Origin: Lama guanicoe
Taxonomy: Eukaryota
Assembly (NCBI GenBank): GCA_013239625.1
Contig: MU053561.1
Span: forward strand, 560,826-624,825
DNA length: 64,000 nucleotides
Direction: 5' to 3'
Below, one piece after another: positions 48,901-62,870 of this stretch (position 1 is the first letter of the stretch; every line of letters begins with the position of its first letter). Both the position numbers and the translations under genes were made by a program. The notes beneath the pieces were generated by a model that saw nothing but the letters and a program-made list of their open reading frames with translations, did no database searches and was not told the origin of the DNA.

Positions 48901-51479
48901 TTGTTGAATAGGTTCTTTGCCAGCCTAAATTTTCAAACTCTACAGACAGTACGGAATGCATTAATCCCAAGTGGATAAGTAATGACCTTTGTCATGTTCC
49001 TGGACTAAAGAAACTGATGGTTTCTTCTCAATTGTGAAGTTTCTATGGGCTTGCTAGACTACAAAGGTCATCCTGCTATTTTCAAGTAAACCACTGCTTT
49101 ACCATGTTGCCTTGATGTTTATAGCTCAGGCAATCTACGAGGATTAAAATGTAGCATATAGAAGTGGAAGGCAGATCAGACTTTCAGACGTTTCCCAAAG
49201 ACACTGCAATTTTGTAGTCTCTCATTTATCCCTAACTGGACAATTTTTTATGCTTCTTTGTCATGTGATGACAACAGTTACTGTTTATTGAACATCTGTG
49301 TATCAACTATTGAACTAGAGAATTTCTATGTATTGCTTCCATCTGATGATTTATATATTATTCTCTCTCTTCTACAAATGAGGAACCTGGGGCTCAGAGA
49401 GAAGCAAGAAACTTGCTTGGAGTCCCAGATTCTGGAGATAGACTGGAATTTAGCTCTGTTGACTCCCAAGCCTGTTCAGAATGGGTGTGCTTTTGCTTTC
49501 TCTGGGAGAAGACTGCTGAATCTCTATTCCTTTCTCCTCTGAGATCCTTCACTTTCCAGATTTCCTACTAGTATTGCTGGGCTTCTAAATGCATTCTAAT
49601 AAATCTCATTTTGAGAGGCACTGGTTTTTCATAAAAGCATTACTTTTATGCCCTTAAAATCCCATGACCATCATTTGGAAAGACCAGGTTCAGAATCCCT
49701 GGGAAGACCTTTGGGCATGGAACTGTTTACAGGAATTCTTTTCTCTTTTCTCCCAGCCCATCTAATGTCTTTCTCTTCCTCCCTCCAGGTCAAGTCTCAC
49801 CCCTTCTGGGTACCCTTTCTCGACCACTCCAGGCTCTACTCAGCCTCTCTTCTAATCTTTGGCATGGTCTGAAATACCTGAAGCTCGATGTCTTCTTTTG
49901 AAAGTCAACTTGAATGAGCCCCCAGAGTGTGCCGGAATATTGGCATATTCTCTGCACATGGCAGGGACTTCATGTCCAGAACACAGCCCGGCATACTGTG
50001 GGCTTTCAGGAACTGAGTCGATGATGAATTGGTAATGACTCAAATGCAAAAGTGTAGGCGTGAAACATTATTTGCATGTTGGTGAGGGATCAAAGGGTCA
50101 TTTTCTTTGTTAATTTTCATGTGACTGCCAAAAAAAGGAGGAGAGGAAGTACCCTCTTGAAGTATATGAGAGCAGGTCTGTGTATTGCTGAGTTTTATGA
50201 GCTTGATTAACAAAATCAGCGCTAAATGATTATGGTGTTTTCTTGATGTTGGGTAGCATGGGTGGGGCCATTGCTTCAGTACCTTCTCCTGCTGTTATGA
50301 CCACCTTCTACCATGTCCTCTAGGAGAGACCTCTTTCTGCACATCTGAGAAAATTAGAGGGGTTTCCCTACCTCTGCAGATTAAAAAAAAAAAAAAGAAA
50401 ACAAAGGCAGGGCTGAGGAAGGAAGATATTTCCTTCTGTTTTTACCTCTTGAGTAGAGTAGCATGGTTTGTGTGGGGTATGGAATTGGGTTTTATTGCAT
50501 CGTGTATTGATGGGGGTGGTAAAAAGATCAGCAGCTTTTCCTCTTTGGGTGGAAAAAGCTTTTATCTGCCACGAGACTGAACCCATCTCCTGAGGCTAAG
50601 GCAACTCTTTCCCTGACCTCAAGGCCCCCCAGTGCTTTGGAAGCCTCAGTATAAAGGCGGTGTGCATGGGTGACTATAAGCACATTAGTCATTTTAAATG
50701 AAAGCAGGACAGTTTTTGGAGTCCCTATCCTTGTTCAGCATTGTGCACCCAGAGACTAGCAACACTGTTCCAGCCCAGTGTGCTGTGTGCAATTCTCCAG
50801 TTTCCCCTCCCCGCAGAGGGTCAAGTCTGAGTCATGTGCACGAGGCTCTAATTTGGTTAAATGTGTGTAGTTAAGAGAAAAGGGCCTACTTTCATTCAGA
50901 GGGGCATTTTAGCTGTATTTTCTTTGGAGAGCTTTGTCAAGATCTTACCAAAAGTTACAAAACAGGAACCATGCTTTCTGGGCTTTATTAATAAGAAACG
51001 CATTGCTTTGGTCTCAGTGTCTCAGTGCTCTGCATATTCAAGTGGTTAGCTCATCTTTGATGCTTGAAAACACTTAGGCCAGGGCACTCTGGGAAGAACA
51101 CCTTTCCAGTTGTTGACCTTTTCTTCCCCACACCTAGGACTCTTGGTGAATTTCAAAGCATCACTTCAAAAAAAAATTCCTCAAGCAGGTATTGACAATG
51201 ATTTCTGGTAGCAGTAGGTGTGGTTTTGAAAGCAATGGGGTTTAAAACTTATTTCATTAGAATGTAATCTCCACAAGGCAGAACTTCTCTTGTAACTTAC
51301 CAAGGGTGGTACATGATAAGGGTTCAAAGAAATTTGTTGAATGAATTGTAAAACATTTCATTTTGATTCTTTCGTAATATGATGGCACTGCCAATTTTTT
51401 GTAACGAGGTGTGGCAAAGGTTGTATGCTTATATGTGATATAAAGGAAAGGATTTTTTAATTGACATATGTGGGTTTTT

Positions 51480-52595
51480 AAAAAATAAACTTTATTTTTC
51501 AGAGTAGTTTTAGGTTCATAGCAATACTGAGCAGAAAGTATAGAGTTCCCATATGCTACCCACCCCCACAACGCACAGCCTCCCCTGCTATCAGCACACT
51601 GCACTGAAGTAGTATGTTTGTTAAAATCGACAAATCTATATTGACACATCATTATTACAAAGTCCGTAGGTTAGCGTTCACTCTTGTTGTACATTCTGTG
51701 AGTTTGCACACATGTATAATGACTCTTATCCACCATTGTAGCATCACACAGTGTAGTTTCACTGCCCTAAAAATCCTCTGTGCTTCACCTAGTGATCCCT
51801 CACTCCCTTCTAACCCCCGGCAACCATTAATCTTTTACTGTCTCCATACTTTTGCCTTTTCTCAAATGTTATGTAGTTGGAATCATACAATATGAAGCCT
51901 TTTCAGATTGGCTTTTCTGACTTAGTAATATGCATCCAAATTTCCTCCAGGTCTTTTCATGGCTTGATTGCTCATTTCTTTTTAGCTCTGAATAATATTC
52001 CGTTGTTTGGACGTACCGCAGTTTATCTGTTCACCTACTCAAGGATATCTTGGTTGCTTCTAAGTTTTAGCAATTGTGAATAAGTTTCCTTTAAACTTCC
52101 ACGTACATGTTTCTGTGTAATGGACATAACTTTCAACTCATTTGCATAAATAGTCAGGCATAGAATTGCTGAGTTTTATGGAATGAGTGTACTTAGTTTT
52201 GTAAGAAACTGCTGAACTGTCTTTCACAGTGATTGTACCGTTTGCATTCTGATCAGCAGTGAATGACAGTTCCTGTTCCTCCACGTCTGCACCAGCATTT
52301 AGTGTTTTCAGTGTTTGGGCTGTTTACCATTCTAATAGGTGTGTAGTGGTAGCTCACTGTTTTAATTTGCAGTTCCCTAATGACATGATGTTGGGCATCT
52401 TTTCATATGCTTGTCATGTATATATCTTTGGTGAGATTTCTATTTAGATCTTTTGCTCATTTTAAAGTCAGGTTGTTCGTTTTCTTATTGTTGAGATGTA
52501 AGAGTTCTTTGTATATTTTGGTTAATGGTCCTTTGTCAGATACATATTTGCAAATATTTTCTGCCAGTCTGTGGCTTGTCTTCTCATTCTCTTGA
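51480..52595 (-). mobile_element. L1MC-like 3' end, antisense
   Basis: aaactttatttttcagagtagttttaggttcatagcaatactgagcagaaagtatagagttcccata... extending into ORF2-antisense (gatcttttgctcattttaaa). Confidence 0.85.
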
Positions 52596-53252
52596 TGTAT
52601 TTTTATATATATGAACTTTTCCTATCTTTTCTTTTTGGGGAGTTTGGCCAGATCTATTTTAATATAAAACAAGTTTACACCAGAAATGAGAAATCAAAAT
52701 GTGAAATAAATTTGAAGAAACACTCCTCTACTTTTAAAAATATATATAAGGTAAATGTCAATTAAATTTTAACCAGACTGTGGTCACAGCCCGAACTAGC
52801 CTGGGGGCAGGTGCTATAGGAATTCTTTCATTTCTGTTTCCCCTCTTCCTATTTGGTACTTGGACATACTGATTGGATTAGTGGTTTGGTAACTATTTCT
52901 TGCCACCTACTTCCCATATGGCATGTGCCCTTTTTAAAAAAGTCTTTAAAAGCCCACATTTGTCTCATAGCTTCATTATGGACCCTGAGGAAAAAGGGTT
53001 TTGTAGACTGATGATTGCAAGACGAGAAATCATGCCCTTCCTGTCATAGTAAGAAAATAAAACAGAACACAAAGCCCTTGAAAACTGCCAGAGAATAAAC
53101 TTCGGTCTGAGTAGATACTCTAATGATAAATACAAATTTCTCCTGTGTTTGTTTGTGTTCCCTGCTTCCTCTCCTCCCGAGCAACTGATTTAGTTTCCTA
53201 ACAACTTTGTGAAAGTTGAATGTTGGTCTTTTTTCATTCACATTTAATGTCT

Positions 53253-53418
53253 CTTTTCTAAATCTTTTTTTGAAGGGGAGGTAATTATGTTTGTTTGTTT
53301 ATTTATTTATTTATTTATTTTTACTATTTTTAACTGGAGGTACTGAGGATTGAACCCAGGCCCTTGTGCATGCTAGGTACACAATCTACCACTGAGCTAT
53401 TCCCTCCCCCCACTCCCC
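53253..53418 (-). mobile_element. Camelid tRNA-derived SINE (vic-1-like) with TSD
   Basis: Antisense A and B boxes (ccactgagcta; ggattgaacc); TSD cacatttaatgtct (53239-53252) / cacatttaatttct (53419-53432). Confidence 0.9.
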
Positions 53419-56400
53419 CACATTTAATTTCTGCTGGTTTTAGTCCTGTCTTTCCTCCAGGGATGGGAGAGAAGCAGTTGTCTTGTCAGACCAGGAGTGT
53501 CCAGTAACATTTCCCACCAGGAATCCAGACACAGCCCTGGGCCGCCTCTGTTCTTCCCACAGCTGAGTTGAGTGTTAAAAAAGGAGGGAGGACACACCCA
53601 GGACTATTTGATGCAAACGAGGGGTGCTGACATTTTGGCTGTGGGACGCGGGATTTTTTTTTTTTTCAAGAACATTCTGTCTGACTTGGGAAGCTAATCA
53701 CCACTTTCTATCATGTCTACCTATTTAGCTGGATAATTAAGCGTGCTTGGCTCCTGGTGCTGACAGGTTATTGGATCCAGTTAGGAGAGCCGGGTTGTTT
53801 CCATGGCTCTGCCTTACCTGATGTGATCTCGGCCAGATCACGAGATTTCCTGGTCTTGTTAATTCTTCATTTTGAGACAGAGGGAATGAAATAGTCAGCC
53901 CTGACTTTACCCATCTCAAGAAACATTTGAGCGCTCCTTATGTGCGGAATCACAAACGTGCATAAAACATGTTCCTGGAGCTTACATTTGGGAGGTGATA
54001 GGGAGGGGGAGAGAGAGCAAACAATAAGATACTAATGATTATAACTATGATTATATTTTAAAAACTAACATTGGGCAGAATGAGATAAGGAAAAGTACCT
54101 TAAAGAATCATACAATGTGAAATAATCATTCTTTCCGAGCACTTCACACTAATCCTAAAGGTAGATACGTTGTTTCTCCCATTTTACAGATGAAAAGCCC
54201 AGGCTCAAAGAGGTTGAGTGAGTCACAGGGCTGGAGACTGGATTCACACAGGTGCTCTGGCTCCAGAATTTGAGATTTTATCCACTAGGGGTATTGCTTC
54301 TCTCCAGGAGAGGAGAGACACCATCAAACTGTTTCTTGAGAAAGAACAGCAGGCAGGAGAAGAGAAACATAGGGTGCCTTCTGGGGGGTTAGCACAACCC
54401 TTTGGTCTGGGGTTAGCGCAGGAGTCAGGGAGAGCGGAGAGGGCCCTGGGCTACACTGTTGAGGGCTTAGAGTTGCGCTTCTGTAAGGGTCTCTGAGCAG
54501 GAGGATAAATGGAGTTGCAACTATGTTTTAAGATGGATCCAGATGTGATATGTCAGTGCCTGTAACGGTCAGAGTGTCTACTGCAGTGATAGCAGTAATG
54601 GAAAATAGAGGCAAGAAGTAAAAGGAAGGACTTGGCAGCTGATCTGATTGCAAGGGGTGAGAGGACGGGTCAAAGTCGACTCCAGCGATTTGAGCCCGAT
54701 GACGAGGAGCAGAGAGGCATTAGCAGAAATGGGCACTGTCAGGAGGAGCTGGTTTGTAATGAAAATGTGGGATGAGAACTAGTGTTTTTCAGTATGACTC
54801 AGGCCAGACGTATTACAAATGGAAATTCACATAGTGTTTACAGCCTTTCAAGCTAACTTGTTTCCCCCATTGTATAGATGAAGAAACTAAGATGCAAAGA
54901 GGTGACTAACGTGTCCTAGGGGCATATGGTGTTGTTATTGGCAAACTTCTATTTGAAACCAGGTCTGTAGATGCCTTAGCATGTGCTTCCCCCCTGTTTC
55001 TGCTGCCTCTGGTCCTGTGTCCCATGGGCAGCACTTCAGGATGGAAGGGGCATTAAGCCTCCTCGGTAGGAATACTTGGTGCATCGTGAGCAGTGTGGAC
55101 CTGGACTGCAGGTCAGGGGGTGGGGCGCTGGAGTTTCATATTCGTGACATCTCTGGACAGAGGAGGTGTTTTTTGAAAACCAGGGGAAAGGGCAAAATGA
55201 TTGAGGGGAGAGGGAGAGGAAATAGGAACCTGGAAGTTTGATCTGTCTTGGGAGCTAAGAAGAGGAATAGGGAGGTGAAGGAAGGAGAGGAGACAAGGGC
55301 AGTGCTAAGGAAGGAGAGAATTTCCAAGGAGAGCATTTCAACAGGGTTCTGCAGTCATTGGGTGAATCTCGATGAGCTACAGTGTTGATGGCGAGATCAA
55401 AGGAGAAGAGACTCCAGAGTTGGAGTTATATTATAGCTGATACTCATGTGAGCCAGTCTACTTGCTAGCAATTGCTGTGAACTGCTGAGATGGTGCACAC
55501 CTGGGCAGCCCATGGTTCACCAGGAAACCAATGTGTGTGGGGACGGTGTTAGAATTTATCAGGCTCACTGACACCAACCCTCCTTTTCCCAATGGCCTGT
55601 AAGACTTGTTGGCCAAACAATGGCACTACGGAAGGCCATGTAATACTGCTTGATAGTTGGCTTTAGGCATCTAAAAAATGAAAAGGAAGAAAAGTCTCTG
55701 CAGAAGAAAAAGTCTCTCCTTTCAGTGAGAGAGGCTCATGGTTTGAATTTTTTAAAAAGTCTTTAAAACTTCGTTTAAAATGACATAACCAGTACAAAAT
55801 TGTTCAGGTTGAGGCTTCAAAGACTTTCCTTTTGCTCTCTCTCTCTCTTCTATGATGACTTTTTTTTTCAAATGCTGTACCCAGGCCATGGAGTTATTAT
55901 GTGTTTACCAGAATGCTCCATTAAGTCAATGCTAGTTCAAATGACTGCTTTTTTCTAGCCAACGAGATGTCTGTTTTCTCTAAGAAAAAGAGTAGATAAT
56001 CCAAAACCTGTTAAGTCCAAGATCATTTCTGAGGCTCCTATGAAGTTAAGTTGAAGAACATTCTTTATGTTTTTTTAGAGGAAAAAATCATTTAAATCAA
56101 AGTAGGTTGGGGAAAAAGTTAGCAGGAGTCCAGAAGAGAATAAGAAAAATAGGAAGGGAGGTAGCATCAGTGAAGGGCTAGCAGTAAAGCCAGAGCCCTG
56201 AACCCATGAATATGACAGAGCTGGCTGGGAGAGCCTGGGGCAGGGGAGGCTGGACTTAAATGGAATCCAGTAACCTGAATGGTAGCCCCACTTCTGCAGC
56301 CACCTCACTACCTTTGTGAATTCAAACAAAGCACTTATCTTTCCTAGTCCTCATTTTTCTTATCTGTAGAAGGAGGGGTCCTTTAAAGAAATTTTCAACA

Positions 56401-57420
56401 AAAAAATTAAGAGATCCTCTCATCATTGGCGGATGGAGTCTCTTTATTTAGCTTGTAGTTGGCTGGCTCCTGACACCTGGCCCACTTCCGTACCACCTCC
56501 CACACAGAGAACGCAATGCTAATAAAGCAGGAGCAAGAGGAGGTAATGGAAAAGGGGCTGAATCTGAGAAATTGCATTTGTAGTCATGGGTCGAGTTTGA
56601 TGCGGACGGCTGGTGCACTACTGGACGTGTGACCCTGACTCCTTGTGCTGTGGACTTCTTTGTTGCTCCCAGAATCCCCTTCCTCTCCTGGGTATTTCCA
56701 TGTGGTGTATTTGCAGGCAGGGTGACTTTGCTAACGTTCTGAAGATTTGTTAGGAATGAGTTGGTGACTTCGGCCAGATTTTAATTCTCTTTCCTTAGAA
56801 ATGAGAAGGATTAACTAACAAAGCATTTTGTGTCCTGGGTAGGTTACGGCTTGATTAATGTGCTTTGACTCATTGCCCAAATAAGCAGCTGAGCCACAGG
56901 CCTGGGGTCAAACTTGTATACATGAGCTCCAACCCAGAGAGGCAGTGTGCTGCAGGCTTGAAGAGCAACTTCACACCCCCTTCAGTGCACCTGCCACAGA
57001 ACAGAAGTGATGAGGAACTGCAAAGCAGGTGAACTACTAATGCTGGGAGGCCCAGATCTCCAGTGTGAATGTCTTAGCCACCTACTGTAGGCTCCGTTGG
57101 GTTGAACAGAAAGGGGATTGAAACAAAAGTTGAGATGACAGTGATTTAGGCTCATACCTGCTCTCAACTGGTGTGTTTATGGCTAATGAATACACGTCAC
57201 CTTTCTGTGTCTCTGTTGCCTGACCCGTCTGTAAAGTAGGATGCTGGACAGTATCAGCAAACTGGATCAAGGAGGTTGTGTTTGCTGGATCCCTTGTTCT
57301 GCTCCATCCCATCTAAAACTTACTGATGTTTTTGTATGTGCTGCCTGATTTGGGGAATACTGTCACTGTCTTCTCCACCAAAAGTTCTCGTGGCATAGGG
57401 TGGTGAAATTGCTCTTATCC

Positions 57421-57669
57421 CCCATCGGCTGATACAAACTACTGTGTATGGAACAGATGAACAACAAGATCCTACAGTATAGTAAAGGACTATATTCAAT
57501 GGCTTATAGTAACCCGTAACGAAAAAGAGTATGTATGTATGTATGTGTGTGTGTGTGTGTGTGTGTATAAATATATATATATATAAAACTGAATCACTAT
57601 GCAGTACACCAGAAACTAATACAACACTGTAAATTAAAAACATTTTTTTAAATATACAAACAGAAAAAA
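57421..57669 (+). mobile_element. 5'-truncated L1 3' end with TSD and internal (TG)/(TA) microsatellite
   Basis: aacaacaagatcctacagtatag...actgaatcactatgcagtacaccagaaactaatacaacactgtaaatt; TSD aaattgctcttatcc (57406-57420) / aaattgctcttattcc (57670-57685). Confidence 0.88.
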
Positions 57670-60297
57670 AAATTGCTCTTATTCCTCACCCCAAAACCAC
57701 TCTGGATGATTTCTGAAACGATAAGAAATGTACACTGAGTCTGCTGTAGTAGTGGTTTACAGCAGGGATTTTGTGTTTGTGTGGGTGAGTCGTGCATCCT
57801 TTCAGAGTCCAAGGGAAAGCTGTGGACCTTTTCGTCGGAAGAGAGTTTCTACAGACACTTTCACATAAAGTTCCAGGGAGTTCCTGGACTCTGAAGGCCC
57901 TCAGGCTAAGGGTACATGTCTAAGAAAAACACCATTATTATGTTTACAAGTTTGTGAGGACGGCTGCTCTCTCCAGGAAATGTGGTAACTGGAGGTAAAG
58001 GGGACGGAAGGAACCCAAACAGCCAGAGCCTGACAACTGACTTGGGAACTATGGTGTTCAAGCTGTGAGTGAGCCCTGGACACTCCGACCCGCTCTTGAA
58101 ACAGATGCTTCCCTGCCTGGCTGAAAACCGTGTCCTGTGACTCGTTCCATACACCATAGACTTACCGTGTACCCTTGGCTAAAACAGAAAATATCTGCAA
58201 GCTTTTGGTTTCCAACATAAAGTGGGAACATGATCCCTTCTAGCTGTTCTCTTTATAATGCGGTGTGAGTATATTTGGGTAGCATTCCTGGTATTTCTCT
58301 GAGAAGGACACTGACTTAAGAGTTCTCAGTCTTGGCTAATAAAGTAATACTGTTCCTGCCAGGGTTCATTTCGTGGAGATCACATTTTCATAAATCACTG
58401 GTATACTAGCTTCCTTTTCATCTACACACATTTTTTTATCCCCTTAGAAGATCATTCTGAAGATGACCTATGATTGCTGTACTTCATCTGTTGGACGCTC
58501 ACATCATTTCTTCAGCTTGGCTTCCCTGGGGATAAAGCATTCCTCCCACAGAGATGTCACAACCAGGAGCCCCAGCCAGGTTTATTTCCCTTCCCTCTGG
58601 AGTGTAGAGTTGCTGAACTAATCATGGAAATAAACAACCATTGGCTGTGGCAGCATCCTTAGAGTTCTTTGGAAATACACAAGTAGGTGAAAGTAGAAAC
58701 AGTTTTCTGATTCTATTTTATATGTAATAGCCCTTCCTCTATCTCACAAAAAGAAAAAAAAAAGAGAGACTCTAAAGCATCAAACTTGTTTCTTTAATCT
58801 CTTTTCCCCACTGCATCTCTCCCCATACCCATGAGCTCTATTTAATATTAAGCATTGTAATCACTCCTGGTTTGGCATCCTTTGTGAAAAAGCAGGCTGA
58901 TCCTTTTGTGGAAGTCGCTGACATTTTATTATGGACTGCTCAGAATTTAAATGAATATAATCAACTTCGAATTTCAGGGGAAAAAATGTGATGTTTTCTA
59001 TTCTTAAACATGATTAGTAAGTTTTCTAGCAAATACAAAAGTCAAACCACTTATACCACCACCCAGCTCCCACGGGGACCAGTATATGGCCATCTTGTTT
59101 CATCTGCACCCCTGCCTGCTCCCCTTTGTCCTGGAATTCCAGACATCTCATTTCAAATGAAGCAAATTCCAGACATAGCATTCACCTGTAAATATTTCCT
59201 CACTCATCCCTTAAAACGTAAAAATAATCCTTAATATCAGATATCAAATCAGCATTTACCAGTCCACAATGTTTTATCATTTGTTTTTGTAGTTTGTTTA
59301 TTTGAATTGGGATTCACAGAAAGTCTGTACATTTAGGTTGGTTGATACATCTCAAGTGTTTTGACTTGTGGGTTCTCCTTTTATTTTCTTGCCATTTTTG
59401 TTATCATTGAAGAAACTGGATCGTGTGTCTGTTATATTTTCCTGTGATCTTGGTTTTGCTGATAATGTTACTTGTAAGGAAATAAGAGTAACACAAGTAT
59501 GTAATTTTGAAAAGAGTGTACTGAAGTGTATATAAATGTTTCACTTTATGCCGAAAATAGTCTAGCTATACAGTAAAAATGTAATCAGGCAGGCAAATTG
59601 AAGCATCAGGTTATGTCCCTACATTTTATTCTCATGTTCTCTTTGTTGGAAGACCCCTTGGCAGATTACATGCAGAAGTGTCACTTACCCACTGCTGAAA
59701 CAAACTGGGCTGGAACACGCCAGCCATTCTTCATCAACAACACCTCACAGTTATTTTAGGCAGAGATCTGGAGAGCAGTTTTTCCTGTTGAATTTACAGT
59801 GGGAAACTGGAGTGAATGAATGTGTGCCTCAAACCCTTTCATCACAACATTCCTCTCTCCCGATTTGCTCTGATGAACATTCTCTTGAGGGCTGTTCATT
59901 CCAGTGGAAATATGATCACAGAATCATCTGGGTTGGAAAAGACTTCCTGAAGTCACCTGACCCCATCTGGTAACCTTAACAGAGGAGTCCAGCTTCAACT
60001 CTCCCAGAATAAAGCTGTTTATTAACAACTCTCATACCCCACTGCTTTATGTCCTTCAGTGAAACAGATTATTAAATTGCATCTCTTTTCTCCTGAGGGA
60101 GTGTGTACTCAGATCTGTAGATCTTTAATTAAGATTAATTTTGATTATTCCCCACTGACTTCTACAGTGCATATGCTCTGAGGCCCCTTCCCACCATCTG
60201 TATGTAGTAATGGATTTTATGAAAAATAAGATGTTTCATGAGTAAATTTTGACATAGGATGGGATTGTTGCAGACTGTATCTTTTAACTACAGTGTG

Positions 60298-60682
60298 TGT
60301 GATGGTTAATTTTAAGCATCAGTGTGGTTGACCAGTAGGGACACAGATATGGTCAAACATTATTCTGGGTGTTTCTGTGACAGCTTTTAGATGAGATTAA
60401 CATTTAAATTTGTAGACTTTGAGGAAAGCAGATTGACCTCCATCATGTGAGTGGGCCTCTTCTAATCAGTGGAAGGCCTGGATAGAAAGAAAAGACTGAG
60501 TTCTCTGAGCAAGGAATGGTCTTCAGACAGAACTGCACATCAGTTCTGAGTCCAGTCTGCTGGCCCACCCTGCAGATTTTGGACTTGCCAGCCTCCGTAA
60601 TCCCATGAGCCAATTCCTCCTACCTCTCTTCCTCTACACACATCCTGTTGGTTCTGTTTCTCTGGAGAACCCTGACAAATAA
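60298..60682 (+). mobile_element. MLT2 (ERVL) solo LTR
   Basis: Starts TGTGATGGTTAATTTTA; ggtcaaacattattctgggtgtttctgtga; ends catcctgttggttctgtttctctggagaaccctgac. Confidence 0.85.
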
Positions 60683-61949
60683 TGTGCAAAAAAAGAGACA
60701 AGTCAGAATGTGCCCCGACTGTATCTGGCTGTCTCTTTTTGAAGTGGTGTTTTATATTAAAGAGATGGAAAGATCACTGGAAAAGCCATCAGAAAATTGA
60801 GATTTGGCCATAACTCTTCTAGCAAACTGCCTTTCGGTCTCTGAGCTGGCCACTTTCCCCCTCTGAGCCTCAGTTTCCTGTCTGTAGGAGTTTCAGCAAA
60901 GGGAGTCCCAAGTCTATGATTCCGTGAACTACAAGCATTGAACATTTGAGCCAGCTGCTGAGCAAATAGCTAAATACAATTCTTCTGAGGACTGTCCAGG
61001 TGCTGGATAAGAAAAGAAGCTGAGGATGTGTACAGGTAGTGGTGGTGGACAATGCCAAGCAGAGCAGAGAGAAAAATCATGAATGGAAGGATTCCCGGAA
61101 CATCAGGGAGAATATTCTGTTTTAGTTGAATGCAAACTATGGATGAGTAAATGCCTGCATGAAAACCTTTAGCTTTTGTGCCTTCTCATCTGAGGGCAGA
61201 TGGTCTAAACTCGAAGGCGCTTAGGATCTGTCTCTGCATTGCAGTGATTCTGATTTTATGCAGAAGGGGTGGGCTGGTGTGGGAGGCTTGGCAGCTGTGA
61301 TAGGCTGAGGCCCTCTGGCCAAACTGAGGGGCCCCAGCCCAACCGACAGGAAATGCCTGACCCCAAGGATATGTGTGCTATTCTTGACCCATAGAGATTG
61401 GAAGGAGTCTCAGACTAGTGCTGGCTGTAAATTGATTTCTCTGTTGCCTTGGCTTTGAGGCTTTCTCTTTTTTCACCCTGGGCTTCCCTCGCCAGGTTAA
61501 AAAGCAGTAACCGCAAGGAGGAAACCATATTATTTTAGCTTCTCCTGTCTGGAGAGTGGTCAATACTTAACTGCAGGGATCTTTCGGCTCTCTCTGTCAA
61601 ATTAATGTGCACCTAGTTCAGCTGTCCGCCACTTGAGGCTGGACACTCTGGGTGTGTGACTGGCAAGCCAGCTGCCCCCTGGGGGTGCAGACACATTCTC
61701 CCTGTTCACTGGAGGCATCCCCTGCAAGGATGGTGAGGTGGACTTCTTTGTGATCTTTCTGACCACAGGCTCACCCATGAGGAGGCAGGGCTCTGATGGC
61801 CATATCCCCTGAGAGGTTGGTTGACTGTTTACTCAGTTGGTGCTTGAAGACTGACAAATGATTAACCCCCTGGAATCCCTGGTTAGACCCCAGTTGTGGT
61901 CATGAGTTCAGCCTTTGGAACCGCAGGCTTAAATTGTTTTTCCAGGATT

Positions 61950-62870
61950 CTACCCAGTCGGGCGTCCCTGCCCGGACTCTGCTATGGAAACTCTCTCCCA
62001 AGGGAGAGAGTGGTGCGCAGGGGGCGTGGGAAGTGAAGGGAGGAAGCCTCTGAGGGCTGCGGGGGAGGCGGGAGCCTGAGCCATCCCGGCCACCAAGGTA
62101 AGAAAGGGACCCGCGAGAGAGGAGAGGGGGTCAGGAAAGGAGCCGCAGCCTGGTGGAGGCGGAGTGGGAGCCGCTCCTGGCCGGCCGTCTGGCCGCTTCC
62201 TTCCCCTGACATGACAACCCAGCAAGCCTGGCTCCTGGCCACCTGGCAATGGCCATGGCACATGACTCCCGGCCCCGCCGGGGAGGGGGTGGAGAGAGGT
62301 CCGCTCTCTGGCTGCTGGCTCCCTCCCCCTCAGTTATCCGGCCTGCTCAGGGGCCACAGGTGGGCCTGCTCCTCTCCCAGCGTCACGCATTGGACAGCTG
62401 TCACCTTCCCGGGGGACCAGGAGCCGGGCGTGGGAATGCGATAGCCAGGAGCCACGAGACGCTGGGAAGAGGCCTGACTCTACCTGAGCGCCGAAGTCCC
62501 CTGGAACTTGACTGGCCGAGCCTTAGCTTTTTCACACAGGAAGCAGGGTCGGTGACTCCCCATGCTCACCGCATGCAATTATTGCAGTCAAATGAGGGAT
62601 CCGCTCAAGTGCAGGTCAGCTGCGTTGGTCATTCCAATGGGAAGTGTCTGGCAGTGCGATGGGTGAGGACCACACTCTACCACTCCCATCCCCGCCAGCA
62701 GGGGGCGCGCTGTTGGGGTCCCGTGCAAACTGCCCCCGGAGAAATACGGCCAGGCCCCCGGTTTCCCTATTAGTGTAAGGCGGCTGAGAGATGTGTGCTT
62801 GTCTGCCTCCGCCTCTTGGCAGGAAATGAAGTTGAATCTATTAAGTGGCCGCGCTTTCGCTGTTGGAAAG
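61950..62870. promoter_or_regulatory. Second GC/CpG-rich patch (intronic enhancer or alternative promoter candidate)
   Basis: Local rise in GC and CpG; KLF/Sp-like GGGGCGTGGG at about 62021, several GGAA ETS cores, TEAD-like GGAATG and CATTCC, and a CTCF motif. Confidence 0.55.
62692..62710 (+). promoter_or_regulatory. CTCF binding motif
   Basis: CCGCCAGCAGGGGGCGCGC matches the core consensus CCASYAGRKGGCRS. Confidence 0.75.
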
